Origin: Azolla caroliniana
Lineage: Eukaryota; Plantae; Polypodiophyta
Direction of reading: 5' to 3'
Length of the DNA: 64,000 nucleotides
Assembly: GCA_043228905.1 (NCBI GenBank)
Contig: JBHGNT010000084.1
Coordinates: 34,393-98,392, forward strand
The number at the start of each line of letters is the position of its first letter. The stretch's first letter is position 1. The notes below the pieces were generated by a model, which made no database searches, was not told the origin of the DNA, and worked only from the letters and a program-made list of their open reading frames with translations. The position numbers were made by a program, and so were the translations under genes. Below are positions 48,496-61,263 of this stretch, one piece after another.

Positions 48496-51400
48496 ATGGT
48501 CATCAAGCGTATTGCAGCAGCAGTAGAACGAGATGATGAGGATGACGAGGAAGATGATGATGACGAAGAGGAGGAAGATGACGATGAAGATCTGATAGTA
48601 GAAAGAGAAAGAGATGGAGAAGGTGAAGAAGAAAGACAAGGAGAAGGAGAAAGAGAAGGAGAAGGAGAAGGGGAAGGAGAAGTGAGTAGAGGAAAGATTT
48701 CTCACGCAGGTGATGAAGACATCGATGAAGAAGATGATCACATGGGAGAAGAACATCACAATCATAATCACCAAGAGAAAGGAGGACAGGCCAGACACGA
48801 AGAAAAAGAAGTAAATTACGAAGAAGAGGGAGAAGAAGAAGAAGAGGCTGACAAGACTAAGGAAGAACTGCTGAAGAAGAGAAAATTCATTGGTAGCGAT
48901 GAAGAAGAAGAGAAAATCATTCCTGCCAGAAGATCCGAAAAGATGAAAGAAGAAGAAGATGACGATGAAGAGAGTTTGGAGATTGAGTTTGGAAAGACTC
49001 AGACCATCGATACTGAGAAAATGCAGTAAGTATATATGTCACTCACGGTATTCTTTTTTCATTGAAAATCCTTTCCATATATATCGCCGTTTTATCTGAT
49101 TTTAGAGTGTAAGGCATGTTCTATTTTGATATTTGTTTGCTTTCTCTCTCTAAAATCTGTTTGGAACCATTCAGGTTGCCCTAAGTATATGCCTTTTTCC
49201 CTAAACCTTTTCTATCAACGAATACTTTCTATTTCAGATCTTCAATGGTGTTCTTGAACATGAATTGGTTTTAACATATTTAAATTTTCGCGAAAAAATA
49301 CTTTGTAGTATTACCCGTTTAAGAAGGGCATATAGTTTGGAATATCTTGGGTACGTTTGAGTTTAAATTGATTTTAATAGATATACATTTTCATGAAAGT
49401 GGGTTTTATGTTGAGAAACATGTAATTTGTTTACTGGTTCAGATAAGTATCGAGTGCATAGTTTTTCGAAGATCTACAGTACTTTTGAATATTAATCAGT
49501 TTATGCATACATACATACATATATAGTTTTTCACAAAAATCAAGTTTTATGAAATGAAACACGAAATTATTTCTTTGTTGAGATAATGACGAGCATTTTA
49601 AAGTAACAAAAATTTCATATTTTGAGCGGGTAAACGTACACCATACCTTTGAGCTCGAGACCACCGTTTCATTGTGTTTTCCAGAAGGATCTTGTCTCAG
49701 TTCACAGCTGAACAAATGAGTCGCTATGAGTGCTATCGAAGATCGGGATTCCAAAAGGCGAATATGAGACGGGTACATTTTTCTGTGGTGAAATGCAATG
49801 TTTGTAAAAAGCGTTGTGTGTCTGATTAATTACTTTATATGATGTTTAAATATTATATACAATTGTATTTTTGTAAAATCGAAAATGTCTGTTTTAAGCA
49901 TTCAGTTCGATTTTCATTATATTATAATTAATTTTAATGTTTTTATAGAGTCAAGCAGATGCAAAAGCATTTTGATAGGATAGGTTTGGAAGTTCTTATG
50001 AACTTTTCAAGGCTCATTTACAATACCCTTATGAGAATTTCTGGATATCCTTGTAACAATTTTAATGTTTGTAAGCAATCTAACAGATAGAAGAGCCATA
50101 AAGAAGGGTTTCTTGTCTGAGGTAGTTAGGTTTTTTAATGATCATTAGAACCACTTCGTTTAACGGAATTAATTCTGTTACTCGTACTAAAAAAGTCCTT
50201 GTATTTTCATGAGTACAACACAAGAAAACAAGTAGATCCATCATTGGGAGGTTTTATGATTAAATTAAGCATCGAACTATACATTATTCCCAAAATTTCA
50301 ATAATAAAAACAACTAGGCAAATTATTGTTTCGTGGATTGGAACAATTTATTGTTGGAGACAGCAGGTTCCTCTTGGAGCCTCTCTCTATGATTACTCAA
50401 CTGTCTCTATATGCAAGGTTAACATGCTTTTATTTTGACATATATATCAACTTCGTACTCTATGCTCTAGTATTGTGATGCCAAGACCTTTTGGTTTTCG
50501 CTCAAAGGTCTTATGCATTACTGTATCCTCATAAATATCAGCAATCAATGAAGCATCAAGATAAGAAAGCTTACACATGAGATTATGATATTTTCTTTAT
50601 GTAAAGACACTGCTCTACGCCACTATCTCTGTAGCCTCGCGAGTTTCTAGACTTAACCTTGAGTTTACATGTCAATTTCTCTTTAACTTGAACTATGCAC
50701 CCCTTGCTTTCCTTCATGTAAATGTCTTCATATAAAGCATCATACAAGAAGTTGACTTGACATCCAGATTCCATATGTACAAGCCACAGATCCTCATAAC
50801 TGACCAAGCTTTACAGTTTTCCTTAAAGTAGTCTTCTAAACCCTAGATGAGAATATATCATTAACGTCTAGTTCCTTCTCTTACATAAAAGCCTGTCATA
50901 ACCAATTATATATTCTACTTTGGATAATTGTATCACACCTGGAGTTCAGGACCTTTGCATTAGGTCTAAACAGCGTACTCATACCCTCAAAGGTTTGTTT
51001 CTAATTTGGATCGTGACAATTTAAGAATAGTGGTGAGAAACCTTCCTACAAAGAAGGTAGCAAGAAAAGGAGAATAAAAATACATTCAAAAGATGGATTG
51101 CCTAAAGAAAATACCACTTGATCCATGGAACTTATGAAGCCCAATCCAAAATTCGAATGTTGTATTCATATTCCTGGTTAGTTGCCAAATATTTCATGCC
51201 TAGTTGTCTATCACTGGCAACTCTAAGAACACCTAAACAGTGACACATATCCTCTCCAATTTCAGTTCATGTACATAAATTTCAGGCCAGAATTGCACGA
51301 AACCCTTCAGCTATGTCCATTAGTTTCTGCTTCTTCATGTGAACATTGTTGCAAATTGTTAACCATTTTTTGTGAATTAAGAAGTAATAGGCTCCAATAA

Positions 51401-52732
51401 CTTGCAAACAATGTGATGTTTGATTATCCCAAGAATTTAAGACAGTAAACAAGGAGATGTACAACAAATAGGTTCTAGTTGTAGAATATGACCTAAAAAG
51501 CAAAGTCGTTTTAATACTAAACAAGTAATCTAGAATAATATTGAAATGTTTAAATAACTAAAGGCTGTGTATATCATTTGTGAATTCAGAATCGTATCTA
51601 GGGTAAAATTATCTTAACATTCCTGCAAACTAGAACAATATTGAAACGTTTAAACAACTGAAGGCTGTGCATATAATATGAGAATTCATAATCGTATCTG
51701 GGGCAGAGTTATCGTAACATTCTTTCTGTATAATTTTTTTTGTATTTCCAAAGGAATTGTCGTTGGATGTGGATGGTTTATATTCTTACAAGCCTTTATA
51801 TGTTTTTTCATGTTACCAGTGGAAGTACCTTCGTGTTCACATGATTATCTTATTAGAAACATTTGTGTTATTTGTCTGTGTTTCTATTTGGACGAGGCTT
51901 TGAATATGAGTCGTTAGTGTACCAATCTTTGTGTGTTATTTGATTGTTTAAAGGAGACGCCTTTGATTATGGATGGTTATCTTACCGATCTTTATGTTTT
52001 ATTTGGTCTGATGGAAATCCCTTTCAATGTAGATGGTTATCCAATAAATCTGCCCGTGTTATTTGTGTTGTATTCTGATGGTTATGCCTTTGGATATAGG
52101 TGGTTAGATTAGCAAGCGGGTTGTTTGATTGTGTTTTTCTGATGGGGTGTGCATCTGGATGTAAATGATTATATTAACAACCTTTATGAGCCACATGTTT
52201 TGTATTGATGAAAATGCGTTGGATGTAGATATCCTACTAGCCTATCAATACAGATGGCAGTCTTAGCACCATCCTTTTGTGTTATTTGCTTGTGATGCAA
52301 GTGCATGAATGTAGATATGGTTTTATCTAGGCTATCATAGTGTTATTTGTTTGTATTTCTGATGGAACCAATTTTGAATGTAGCTTCTGCAAAGTGTCGC
52401 AGGCTGTGCCATCTCGATGCCAATGACTATAGTGATGTCAGGAATTGCAAAAATGTTTGTTGGAGAGCTTGTTGAGATGGGTAAAAACTAAAATGTCAAT
52501 TATACACAATGTCCTTTTTCAATTGGTCTTATCTTTTCATACTTTCTCTAAGTTATGTATTCAAAACTGATGAAAAATTTCAATTTTCATTGGTTTTGTT
52601 GCAGGAAGAGTAGTAATGACTGAAAGGAAAGAGACAGGTCCCACAAGGCCATGCCATATTCGTGAAGCTTATCGTCGATTAAAGCTAAAAGGAAAAGTTC
52701 CTCTCCGTTCACGGCCTCGACTTTTTCATTAA
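48496..52732 (+). CDS. TAF11: TBP-associated factor 11 (TFIID subunit), about 280 aa, 4 exons: 48496-49025, 49685-49772, 52384-52480, 52605-52732
   Basis: Long acidic N-terminus, then spliced histone-fold region KMQRILSQFTAEQMSRYECYRRSGFQKANMRR / LLQSVAG..MPMTIVMSGIAKMFVGELVEMG / RVVMTERKETGPTRPCHIREAYRRLKL..PRLFH*. All introns are GT-AG and in frame. Confidence 0.95.
51530..51722. repeat. 100-bp tandem duplication in TAF11 intron 2
   Basis: CTAGAA.AATATTGAAA.GTTTAAA.AACT.AAGGCTGTG...TAACATTC occurs twice. Confidence 0.85.
51860..52383 (+). repeat. Degenerate ~60-bp tandem array ending in the TAF11 exon 3 splice acceptor
   Basis: About 8 units of TGTGTTATTTG...CTGATGG...G(A/G)ATGTAG; the last unit's TGTAG is the used acceptor. 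Confidence 0.7.
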
Positions 52733-54818
52733 AAGAAAAATAAATGCATTAAAATTTTCAAGCTCTATGCCAGGGGTTTCAAGCTGTATAGCCATATTAT
52801 ATATATCGGTCTATCTTGTGTCTGTGTTTTTGGTGTCTACCATGTATCCTTTGACGTGGTCTTTAGCAACATGTTCAGGTCACTTCCAAAAGCCTACACA
52901 ATATTGCATTACATTGATATTTTGATCTGTATACCAATCAATTGTAAAACCTCAGTTTTACTTGTATTAGACACATTGAACACAAGTCAAATGTATTGTT
53001 ATGTTCACACAGTCATTGCCAATACTTCTCTAAGTCACAGTCAGAAGATGAAATGCAAGTTATTATGTAATCGTGTAAAGAAAAAAATAGTATTTCATCT
53101 AAGCCTGGTCAATTAATTTGTCTATGCTCGATGTTAGGAATTATACTTAGCCATCTAGAATCTGATTATGTTGGTACAATCCTTGTTCCAGCTGGGGTTT
53201 GTACTCAAGTTTGATTTTACCTGTATTGGGGTACTAGTATGTCTCTTGAGGACACTGCACATAAAAACTCGGCCACTGAAAATGCAACCATTTAACTGGA
53301 TCAAATTAAATGCATGAAGGAGATAGTGAACTAAAACCACTAAATTGTGATGGTGCTTTAGGAATCTTAACATTTCACAGCTTTGTGATTCTATTTTAGG
53401 AATCTTAGTTATTGATGTTGACCAAAGGTCTTAGATAAGATATAGTAGGTTGCATGCATTTTAACTCACTATATGGGCACTACTACACTTGGAACCTTGT
53501 GTATATTTGGGGATTTTGGTTTTGGTGGAATTGCAAAAATGCGAGAAGTAAATTGGCTGAAACTGAAGTTGAGGATGTTGGCTGTTGATACAGGTAGACT
53601 AAATTTATTCACTATCACCTAGCACAACAAAACGCATCTAAGGCATTAACAAATGACAATGATGAGCATAAGTTAAGAAAATAAATGTACAAGATAACCT
53701 CAATCTTTTATATGATACATTAAAAAAGAGAGCTCCTACTCCATTCATTGTTGCATGTATTTACATGATTATAATTCAACTTCTCCTGCGGTTTCTGAAG
53801 CATGTCTCAGCTCTTCTTCTTCTAATAATATTAACATCCATTTGTCTCTCTGCAGTATCTAGATAAGACTGTGTGTGCCTTTCCCTTCCTATAAGCATAT
53901 GCGTAACCACATCATCTGCTAAGTTCATACACTGGTAGACTAGGTAAAGACTCATATTTCACCACATTATTAGCTTCGCTCATAATGGATCAATGTTACT
54001 TGCGTGTACTTGGATAAGTGTGATGGTGGAATAAATCAATGCATCAATTTGGAGGTCTATTAACCCTGCTTGTCTGTGTGAAGCTTGCAAAATTCACTTT
54101 GATTTGAAATGTTTAACCTGCTGACTTGATTGTCAGTGTCGTCTATTTTCATAAACTTGTTGGGAGACTAAGCTGTAGTCCGTCAACATACTATCATTCT
54201 GTAGTTAGAAGCATCAATACTTATTTCATGTTGTGCATCTTAAGCGGCTATAAGTTTTCATCACACCCATTTCCCGCAACAAAGTGATAGAAACATGAAG
54301 AACGTGTCAAATTCATTGCTGTCTTATTGGGATTGTTGCGATCAGAGCCCATCACTGGGCAACAGAAATATGAAAGATATGGGTTATTGTCTGCATATGA
54401 ATCTTGATAATGCACAGGATAAAGAATTATAGAGTAATATTTTCTCACAATTATAACAGATCTAAGTTTCTTCTATTAACTACATAAAAAGACCAAGCAA
54501 AATGAAGACCTGCAAGTTCCTATTATATAAAACCATTCCTTCAAAGTTCTTGAGCTATTTTGTCTGCTTTCATGTTACATTCCTCAACTAGTGAGGAGTC
54601 CTACTCAATGTGAACGACTTAAGTTTGGTATCATTATGTTCAATACCAAAAAATATATGAAGAAGAAATATCATCTCGAAGCAAACAAATGCTAGCCGGC
54701 AAAGTGCCGTTAACCCCCCCCACATGCCACCATTCCCCCTCCCTCCCTCCCTTACCAGATACGAAAATAAAACAAGTTCCATTCAACTGTATAGTCGTAA
54801 TATATGTTGGATTTTGAC

Positions 54819-57227
54819 CTAGTTCAATCTACACCTCTTGTGTAAACCAGTCTCCCCATCATAAGAGCTAGAAGCACTATTTTCATTGTTTTCATGCAAC
54901 TCTGAGGACCTTTGCCCATCAACATTAACAAATGGACATATTGTTGGTATAATCACACGAAGAGGAACTTCACGAACATCAGCTTGAGGTGGAAATATTC
55001 TTTCTTCATCTAGAACAGTGGTATCAACGCAGGATGATGTGTTTCTCATTGGAGTGTTACTATTGTGGCGAGGTACTGATCTCACAAATTCAACCAATCT
55101 TTGCATATTCGCCCTCAAACCATCTATGCTATTTTGAATAGCTGCCAGATTATCTGCTGCCGTTTCTAGAGTTTGCCTAGCTCTTTGATGTAGCTCCCTT
55201 GTTTGTGGAATTCTGGAACGATCAATACGAGGGGTTCTTCTTGCCATTAGCCTTTGGGCTAACCTTGTCGATCTTCTCTCAAAATACTCTTGTTGTAATG
55301 TTTGTGCAACTCTTAGCCTTTCCAAAATTATATTAGTGTTATTAGATTCATCCAATGACTCATCAATGCTTTCTACAATAGTTGCATTGGTTGATCCAGG
55401 CAACTCACTATGTATTCCATCCTCCCAATGGAATCTTTTCTTGCTTACCCGACGCGCACTGGGCCGAGGCGGAATATTCGGATTGTGAAATAAAGATTCT
55501 CCAGCCGGGGAAGACCCTCTACCATAGATGGGAATTATGGCCTCATCTGAAAGCAAACCTTTACAAACTGGACACTTCTTTGTTATCGAGTGCACATGAA
55601 GCCATTCATGAAGACATGGCCAACAAAAGAGATGTCCACAACATGTCACCACCGGTTCAAAGGCCATCTCGAGACAAATATTGCACTCAAATTCAACTCC
55701 TACATTCCCATTCACATTGTCTTTTACATCCTCATTATTTTTATTGCTGATGTTTGCCAAGGCACCAATGCAACCATCAGAGGGTTGTACATCTAACTGA
55801 GAGGCCATTGAATCTTCATTTGTGGACGTCCTTGAAATCCTTTGAATACTCAATTGTGTTCTAAGGCCACTATTCAATGGGGAAAGCTGTGATTGAGCCC
55901 TTGCGAGGACCGAAGATACTCTTGTTCTCGCTGTTCGCCAATGCAAAGGACTACAATTAAATCTTCTATTCCTCTCGGAAAGCAAAGCTTCATCATCATC
56001 ATCTGTACTGCGAGACATAGATTCCATAGGCATATCTGTACTTTGAATAGCCCTTTTGGTAGTAGGCATACTTCGAAGGTGAAGAGCCTTAGGATTAGTG
56101 CATTCTCCCAAAGGATAATCATTCATCAGGGAGGAAAATTCCAATGATCGCTGTTCATTCATTAAAGAAGATCCTGATAATCGCCGTTCATTTAGGAGTG
56201 GGGTTTCTGATGGGTGTCTTCCATTCATCAGGGAAGATTCCAATGACCGACTTTCATTCATTAGCAAAGACCCTGATGATCGCCTCACGTTCATTAGGGA
56301 AGATCCCAATGGTCGCCTTTCATTCACTAGGGAAGATTCTGATGATTGTCTTTCATTCAATAAGGAGGATTCAGATAATCGCCTGGAAGATCCCCATGAT
56401 CTCCGTCCATTCATTAGCGAAGATCTGGGTCGATCATTCATTTGGGAAGATCCAAAAAATCGCCGTTCATTCATTAACGAGGATCCTGATGATCTACCTA
56501 GAACATAGTCATTTGATGGTCTATGGTCTGATATTCGATGAAGGCTAGTGTCATCCCGATACATCTCACTTTCGAGCAAAGACCTCAAGTGAGTAGAATC
56601 AGTAACTTTTCTAGCATCGTTGTCAGGAAAATCATTTCTCTTTCTAGCATTAGTATCATACAAACTGATGCCTTTTCTAGATTCATTATCATGAAAATCC
56701 ATGCTCTTTCTAGCACCATTGTGCATATTTTCCTCTTTCATTTCAGCACCAGAATCAATGAGACCGGAAATTTCTGATGCACCGTGCAGAGCAGACAAAG
56801 CTCTGGTGTGGCCAAAATCATCATATGAGGCCCTCGTTGAATCATCATATGGGTCTGAAAACCTACTCGAATCATCAGATCTAGACAATGCCCTAAGTGA
56901 ATTGTCAAGTGAACCATCACCCAAGTTCGGAGTTGTCGTTATCTCTGATGGATCTCTGTTAAAACCCCGGATAAACTCGGGAATTTCATCTCTCTGTGTG
57001 GTCATTGCTGACATACCTGGATCAAAGCGTGGGAAGTTTTGGCGGGAAGCTTGAGCAGGGAAAGAAGAGGAAGAAGAAGGATCCAAATCTTCTTGCTCAG
57101 AAATCCCTAAGGCGAGATGAAGAGCGAGATGGCCGTCGAGAGGAGATGGATGCGCGTTTAGATCAAGATCTTCTTCTTCTTTGTCTGCGTCCATCATCAC
57201 TTCTTCCATTTCCATATCTTCAGACAC
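54819..57227 (-). CDS. Intronless RING-HC (C3HC4) E3 ubiquitin ligase with RMA/RNF5-type RING, 802 aa
   Basis: 802-aa ORF containing CNICLEMAFEPVVTCCGHLFCWPCLHEWL...CPVCKG..IIPIYGRG...IPPRP. No C-terminal transmembrane anchor; it ends in basic KRCRLN. Confidence 0.92.
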   Translation of the reverse strand: MSEDMEMEEVMMDADKEEEDLDLNAHPSPLDGHLALHLALGISEQEDLDPSSSSSFPAQASRQNFPRFDPGMSAMTTQRDEIPEFIRGFNRDPSEITTTPNLGDGSLDNSLRALSRSDDSSRFSDPYDDSTRASYDDFGHTRALSALHGASEISGLIDSGAEMKEENMHNGARKSMDFHDNESRKGISLYDTNARKRNDFPDNDARKVTDSTHLRSLLESEMYRDDTSLHRISDHRPSNDYVLGRSSGSSLMNERRFFGSSQMNDRPRSSLMNGRRSWGSSRRLSESSLLNERQSSESSLVNERRPLGSSLMNVRRSSGSLLMNESRSLESSLMNGRHPSETPLLNERRLSGSSLMNEQRSLEFSSLMNDYPLGECTNPKALHLRSMPTTKRAIQSTDMPMESMSRSTDDDDEALLSERNRRFNCSPLHWRTARTRVSSVLARAQSQLSPLNSGLRTQLSIQRISRTSTNEDSMASQLDVQPSDGCIGALANISNKNNEDVKDNVNGNVGVEFECNICLEMAFEPVVTCCGHLFCWPCLHEWLHVHSITKKCPVCKGLLSDEAIIPIYGRGSSPAGESLFHNPNIPPRPSARRVSKKRFHWEDGIHSELPGSTNATIVESIDESLDESNNTNIILERLRVAQTLQQEYFERRSTRLAQRLMARRTPRIDRSRIPQTRELHQRARQTLETAADNLAAIQNSIDGLRANMQRLVEFVRSVPRHNSNTPMRNTSSCVDTTVLDEERIFPPQADVREVPLRVIIPTICPFVNVDGQRSSELHENNENSASSSYDGETGLHKRCRLN
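56118..56493 (-). repeat. Coding 33-bp (11-aa) tandem repeat, about 11 copies, in the RING E3
   Basis: SSGSSLMNERR-like units in the translation. Confidence 0.9.
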
Positions 57228-58987
57228 TTTTAGTTAGATAAAGATAGTAGATATCTTAGATGGATGGATGGCTCATATATATAATAAATAGTACTCTATA
57301 GGAGTGCCTAAATGAGCTAGTTGTGTGTGACAGCTAGTTCTAGCTAGCTACCATAACATGCTTTTTCCATGACAAGCTTTGGATTCCCCAAGTTGCATGA
57401 TGTTTGTTCACAACCCTAATCCCCAAAGAGTGAGAGAGCATGGCGGCCACAAAGTCACCATCAATGCCATCGTTTTATAAGTCTAATCTTTCATGAGCTT
57501 GCGCATAACCTTATGGAATCAATCGGGTCATATATTATTCGCGGACAACAGTCACATATTTCAATGCATTTTACATATCTACCCTTGGTCCCTTTGTCCT
57601 CGCAATCATCATTATTAATCTCAAAATTTTTAATTTGTCTATTAGACTTAAACCTTACGGAAACAATGAAACCCTTAGACAAAACCGTCAATTCATGGAT
57701 ATCTACATTGTTGGACTCACTTTGGATACCCACCCATTAGGTCAATGGACCATGGCCCTTGGCTTCATCTTGTTGACGTTGCTCTTTATGTTGTCTCATT
57801 ATTGTGAGCATATGGATCATCGTTTGTAGATAGGTTCATGGTTGATCATAATTTATTTAATGAACAATGGTCTAGAAGACATTGGTCCATCAATTAGTGG
57901 ATGGTCGAATGATTAGACAAAACATAGATAGGTCTATGTAAAAAAATCGTTTCATTAGCTCATGCAAACATGCATAAATGACAATGTTTAGATAGTTCTA
58001 TGGCCAAACCATATCTATCAAAATGAAACTTTTCATGGAGTTGTCACATGAAATGATGCTTTTGGATCACTCTATGCCCAAAGCTATAAATATCTAAAGT
58101 ACATATGACTTGCTTCACAACATGATCATGGCTTGGTTGATGGCTTGCTGAAAGGTTCATTCAACACGGCATAGAGCAAGCAACTTGGTGGCGTGTCGAT
58201 CAACTTGACAACTGACTATTGGTCACATGCTCTAAGAAAAGAAATGGAAAGAAATTTGAGCATAAAGAAGGCAAACATAGCTTTGATAGAGAAGCCATAG
58301 AAGGTTGTTCCAACAATGCCACAACTCAATTCCATCTTTAGATTGTGTTAGTCAAATGTACATTAGATCAATGTGTCCATGGCTAGAACAATTTGGGTTC
58401 TATTATAGGGGATCAATGACATGGAAACAATTCAAAGAAGAAGAACTTGGTTAGATGAAAAAAATTCAAAGTAAGTGTTTATGTACCAAAGAGTCAAGAT
58501 AACTCCAAGAACTACTTCTTAGATCATAAACAATTTTACAATGAATTTTTGCTTTATTAATTTGTCCCTCCTACCTCGTAATAAGGGGCCCTTTGATAGG
58601 TTTCCTATATGGTTAAGGTTAACTTTTAAGTATGTATTGCCACTTGGCGAACATGTTTTAGCTCGTAGTCTACGGGCATGCCATTGTGTTGGATGTCTAA
58701 TGGGTTGTAACATTCATAAGTAACAATTAATGTAATTTATGATTGGCCTCCTATAAGTTTATAACTATAAAGAACCAAGTATCAAATTAAAATGCTATTA
58801 TTATTATTATTTGTAATTAGCATTAAAAAAGATCCAAAATAGATGATGATGTAGTCGACAAGCTTTAATAATCACATGCTGGAATTGCGTTGTCAATATA
58901 TTTGATTCTTCATTTGCAAACTTCCTTATAGGAGAAGACTAACATGCAGAATTGATTCTCTTGTTCTCAAGTTTGTTGATGTTGATG

Positions 58988-59044
<57 letters not shown>

Positions 59045-59433
59045 TTTAGAGGTTTATTAACAAGCAAGTAACCCTATCAATCCTTTTATTCGACTAATCA
59101 AAGGAGTAGATTTGTGCTCCTCTTGCATTGTCATTGGTAGAGTTATGTTCCTAATAAACCGTTGTAACCTCTTAGCGTCATCACAATGTGTAGGAACCTT
59201 TGTCTTTTCTCAATATAGAGTCTACTTTATCTTATGTTGTTGACATCATTCCACTAAGTGTGATTACTCATTAGTCACTAAGTGTGTCAATGTGCATGTG
59301 TCACATCTACCATTTGCTAGATGTGTATGATCGACAATTGTTAACTAGCAACTAACATCAATGTTGCATATGTAAGCATGGTAAGCTTGATTTGACTCAA
59401 GGACATTTGAGGAAATCAATGACCACAACAACC

Positions 59434-59613
59434 ATGATTTATGATGTTAAGAAATTTGGACACTTCCTAGTAGCATACCGCTTCTCTTTCAACGTAGATC
59501 ATCGAGCAATGTTATATCTAGTAAAAAAGACTTACTCAATTGGGAGAATGTCGTGATGGATTATGAACCTCCTTGAATTTGACTTTAAGGCTATTGTTAA
59601 GAAAGGGAATGAT
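59434..59613 (+). mobile_element. Ty3/gypsy RNase H relic
   Basis: Translates as MIYDVKKFGHFLVAYRFSFNVDHRAMLYLVKKTYSIGRMS*WIMNLLEFDFKAIVKKG, which fits the gypsy RNase H pattern KKFRHYL..F...DH.AL.YL....GR..RW...L.EFDF. Confidence 0.8.
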
Positions 59614-60580
59614 CCTATCCTTTTGTGTCCTACTCATGATTGTGTAATGTTTGCCAATGTTCTCTTTGGATTTTAGTTCTTATGCAGTTTTTATTTGCAA
59701 GAATTACCTCAAAGTTTGTATCTGGTAGGATTCAAATCAACAACTATGGATTCTGTGGATCTAGTGCCCTTCTATTAGGCGGCACTCGAGCCACAAAATA
59801 CGTGTGGGCTCAATCCATTATGGGAGGCCAATTGTTATGTGCATAGCCATAATTGATCATGAGTTAGGTATAGTTCCAGAGTTTTCACTAATCTTGTGAT
59901 AAGTACGTATGGGTTAATTCGTAACGGAACGAGGATATGAATTGAATATTACAATTCATAAGGTGTGAGATAACCATTAACTGTGTTACCACTTGACCAT
60001 CTTCACATGACACAATCAAGACCGAACAAACTAGGGTCTAGGATTTTTGCCCATATAAGAAGGCTAGCTACTTCCTTATCAAGGAAGTCTATGTTGAGAG
60101 TTGAGACTATGTTAATGTGGCTAGGGCCCTTGTTATCTAAAGTTAGTGCCATCATTACACAACTACATGGCATGTATATCATTTGATGCACCATGTGCAA
60201 CCAATGCCAATGACCTAATGTTTTTTGTCATATGAGAAAGAGATGGAGGGAGGTAGATGATACTTCCAATAAAACTAGAGACGCTAAAAACACAAACTAC
60301 GTAAGAAGTTCAAGGTCAAGAAGACCAACTTTGCTTATTAAAGAAATATTTGTATGGCTTGAAAGGATATCTCACATTGTAGTACGAGTGGTTTGATACC
60401 TTATTCTTGGAAAATGGCTACTTGAGAAGTGTCTACTTGTGCATAGTAGAAGAAGCCCACGGACAGGTCCTTCATTTACTTCCTCATGTAAGTTGATTGC
60501 TCGTAATAGCATAACAAATCAACAATTTTAAAAGTTTAGTTGGATGGGGAATTTAGCCACATCTTGCAAGGAAATTATGG

Positions 60581-60634
<54 letters not shown>

Positions 60635-61065
60635 CTCCAACATAAAAAAACCTCTAATGAAATATATCTACATCATTGTGTTTGGTCAAATCTTGGTACA
60701 TCTTGAGCCTTGGTCAAATGTATGGATGACACTTGCTGCATTGTCCCAATAAACTATGGTCTTTGTGATTGCAATATATTCCATCAAATGTACGAAGCAA
60801 TATTTGGTTTCAATTGTGCTTTCTAACCGGCATAGTTCATCCAAACAACCCTCATCAAAGCCAAGTTCCATGGATCAAAGTTTTCTTTCTTATTATTGAA
60901 AGAATGATTCTGTGGTGAGATTGATAGAGAGGTATAACACAAAGACCAAAACTTATGGCTCCAAAGAATTGTGAGTGATGCAAGACATATTTCAAATTTC
61001 ATAGTAGCTCCAATTGTAACAATTCTAGGTGGATTTCTTGAGAGGCCATATTGATACACATACGT

Positions 61066-61253
61066 GTATACATATCTTCTTCCCTAATGCTATGCAGCAT
61101 ACTTCTATCACACTTGGAGCTTCCATTAATTCCAAATCAACAACTCAAATTAACTAGTATACATGTATACATATCTTCTTCACCAATGCTATGTAGCAGC
61201 ACTAGTATCATACTTGGGAGCTTCCATTAAAATTTCCAATAACTAACTCAAAG
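61066..61253. repeat. About 98-bp tandem duplication downstream of the RLK stop
   Basis: TGTATACATATCTTCTT..AATGCTATG...GGAGCTTCCATTAA...AACTCAAA occurs twice. Confidence 0.8.
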
Positions 61254-61263
61254 CCCCAACTAA

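Noticed and set aside
51860-52383. Intronic C/D snoRNA cluster or CRISPR-like array (repeated CTGA)
   Set aside because: No consistent box C (RTGATGA) or terminal stems. The units are degenerate along their whole length with no unique spacers, and the context is eukaryotic.
55382-57241. Plus-strand ORFs overlapping the RING gene (and likewise antisense ORFs over GRF, TAF11 and the RLK)
   Set aside because: Shadow ORFs of real coding sequence, with no independent homology signal.
57650-61050. Further gypsy/LINE-like peptide hints around 57700, 58300-58500, 60000-60200 and 60700-61050
   Set aside because: Too decayed to assign by eye; a profile-HMM search is needed.
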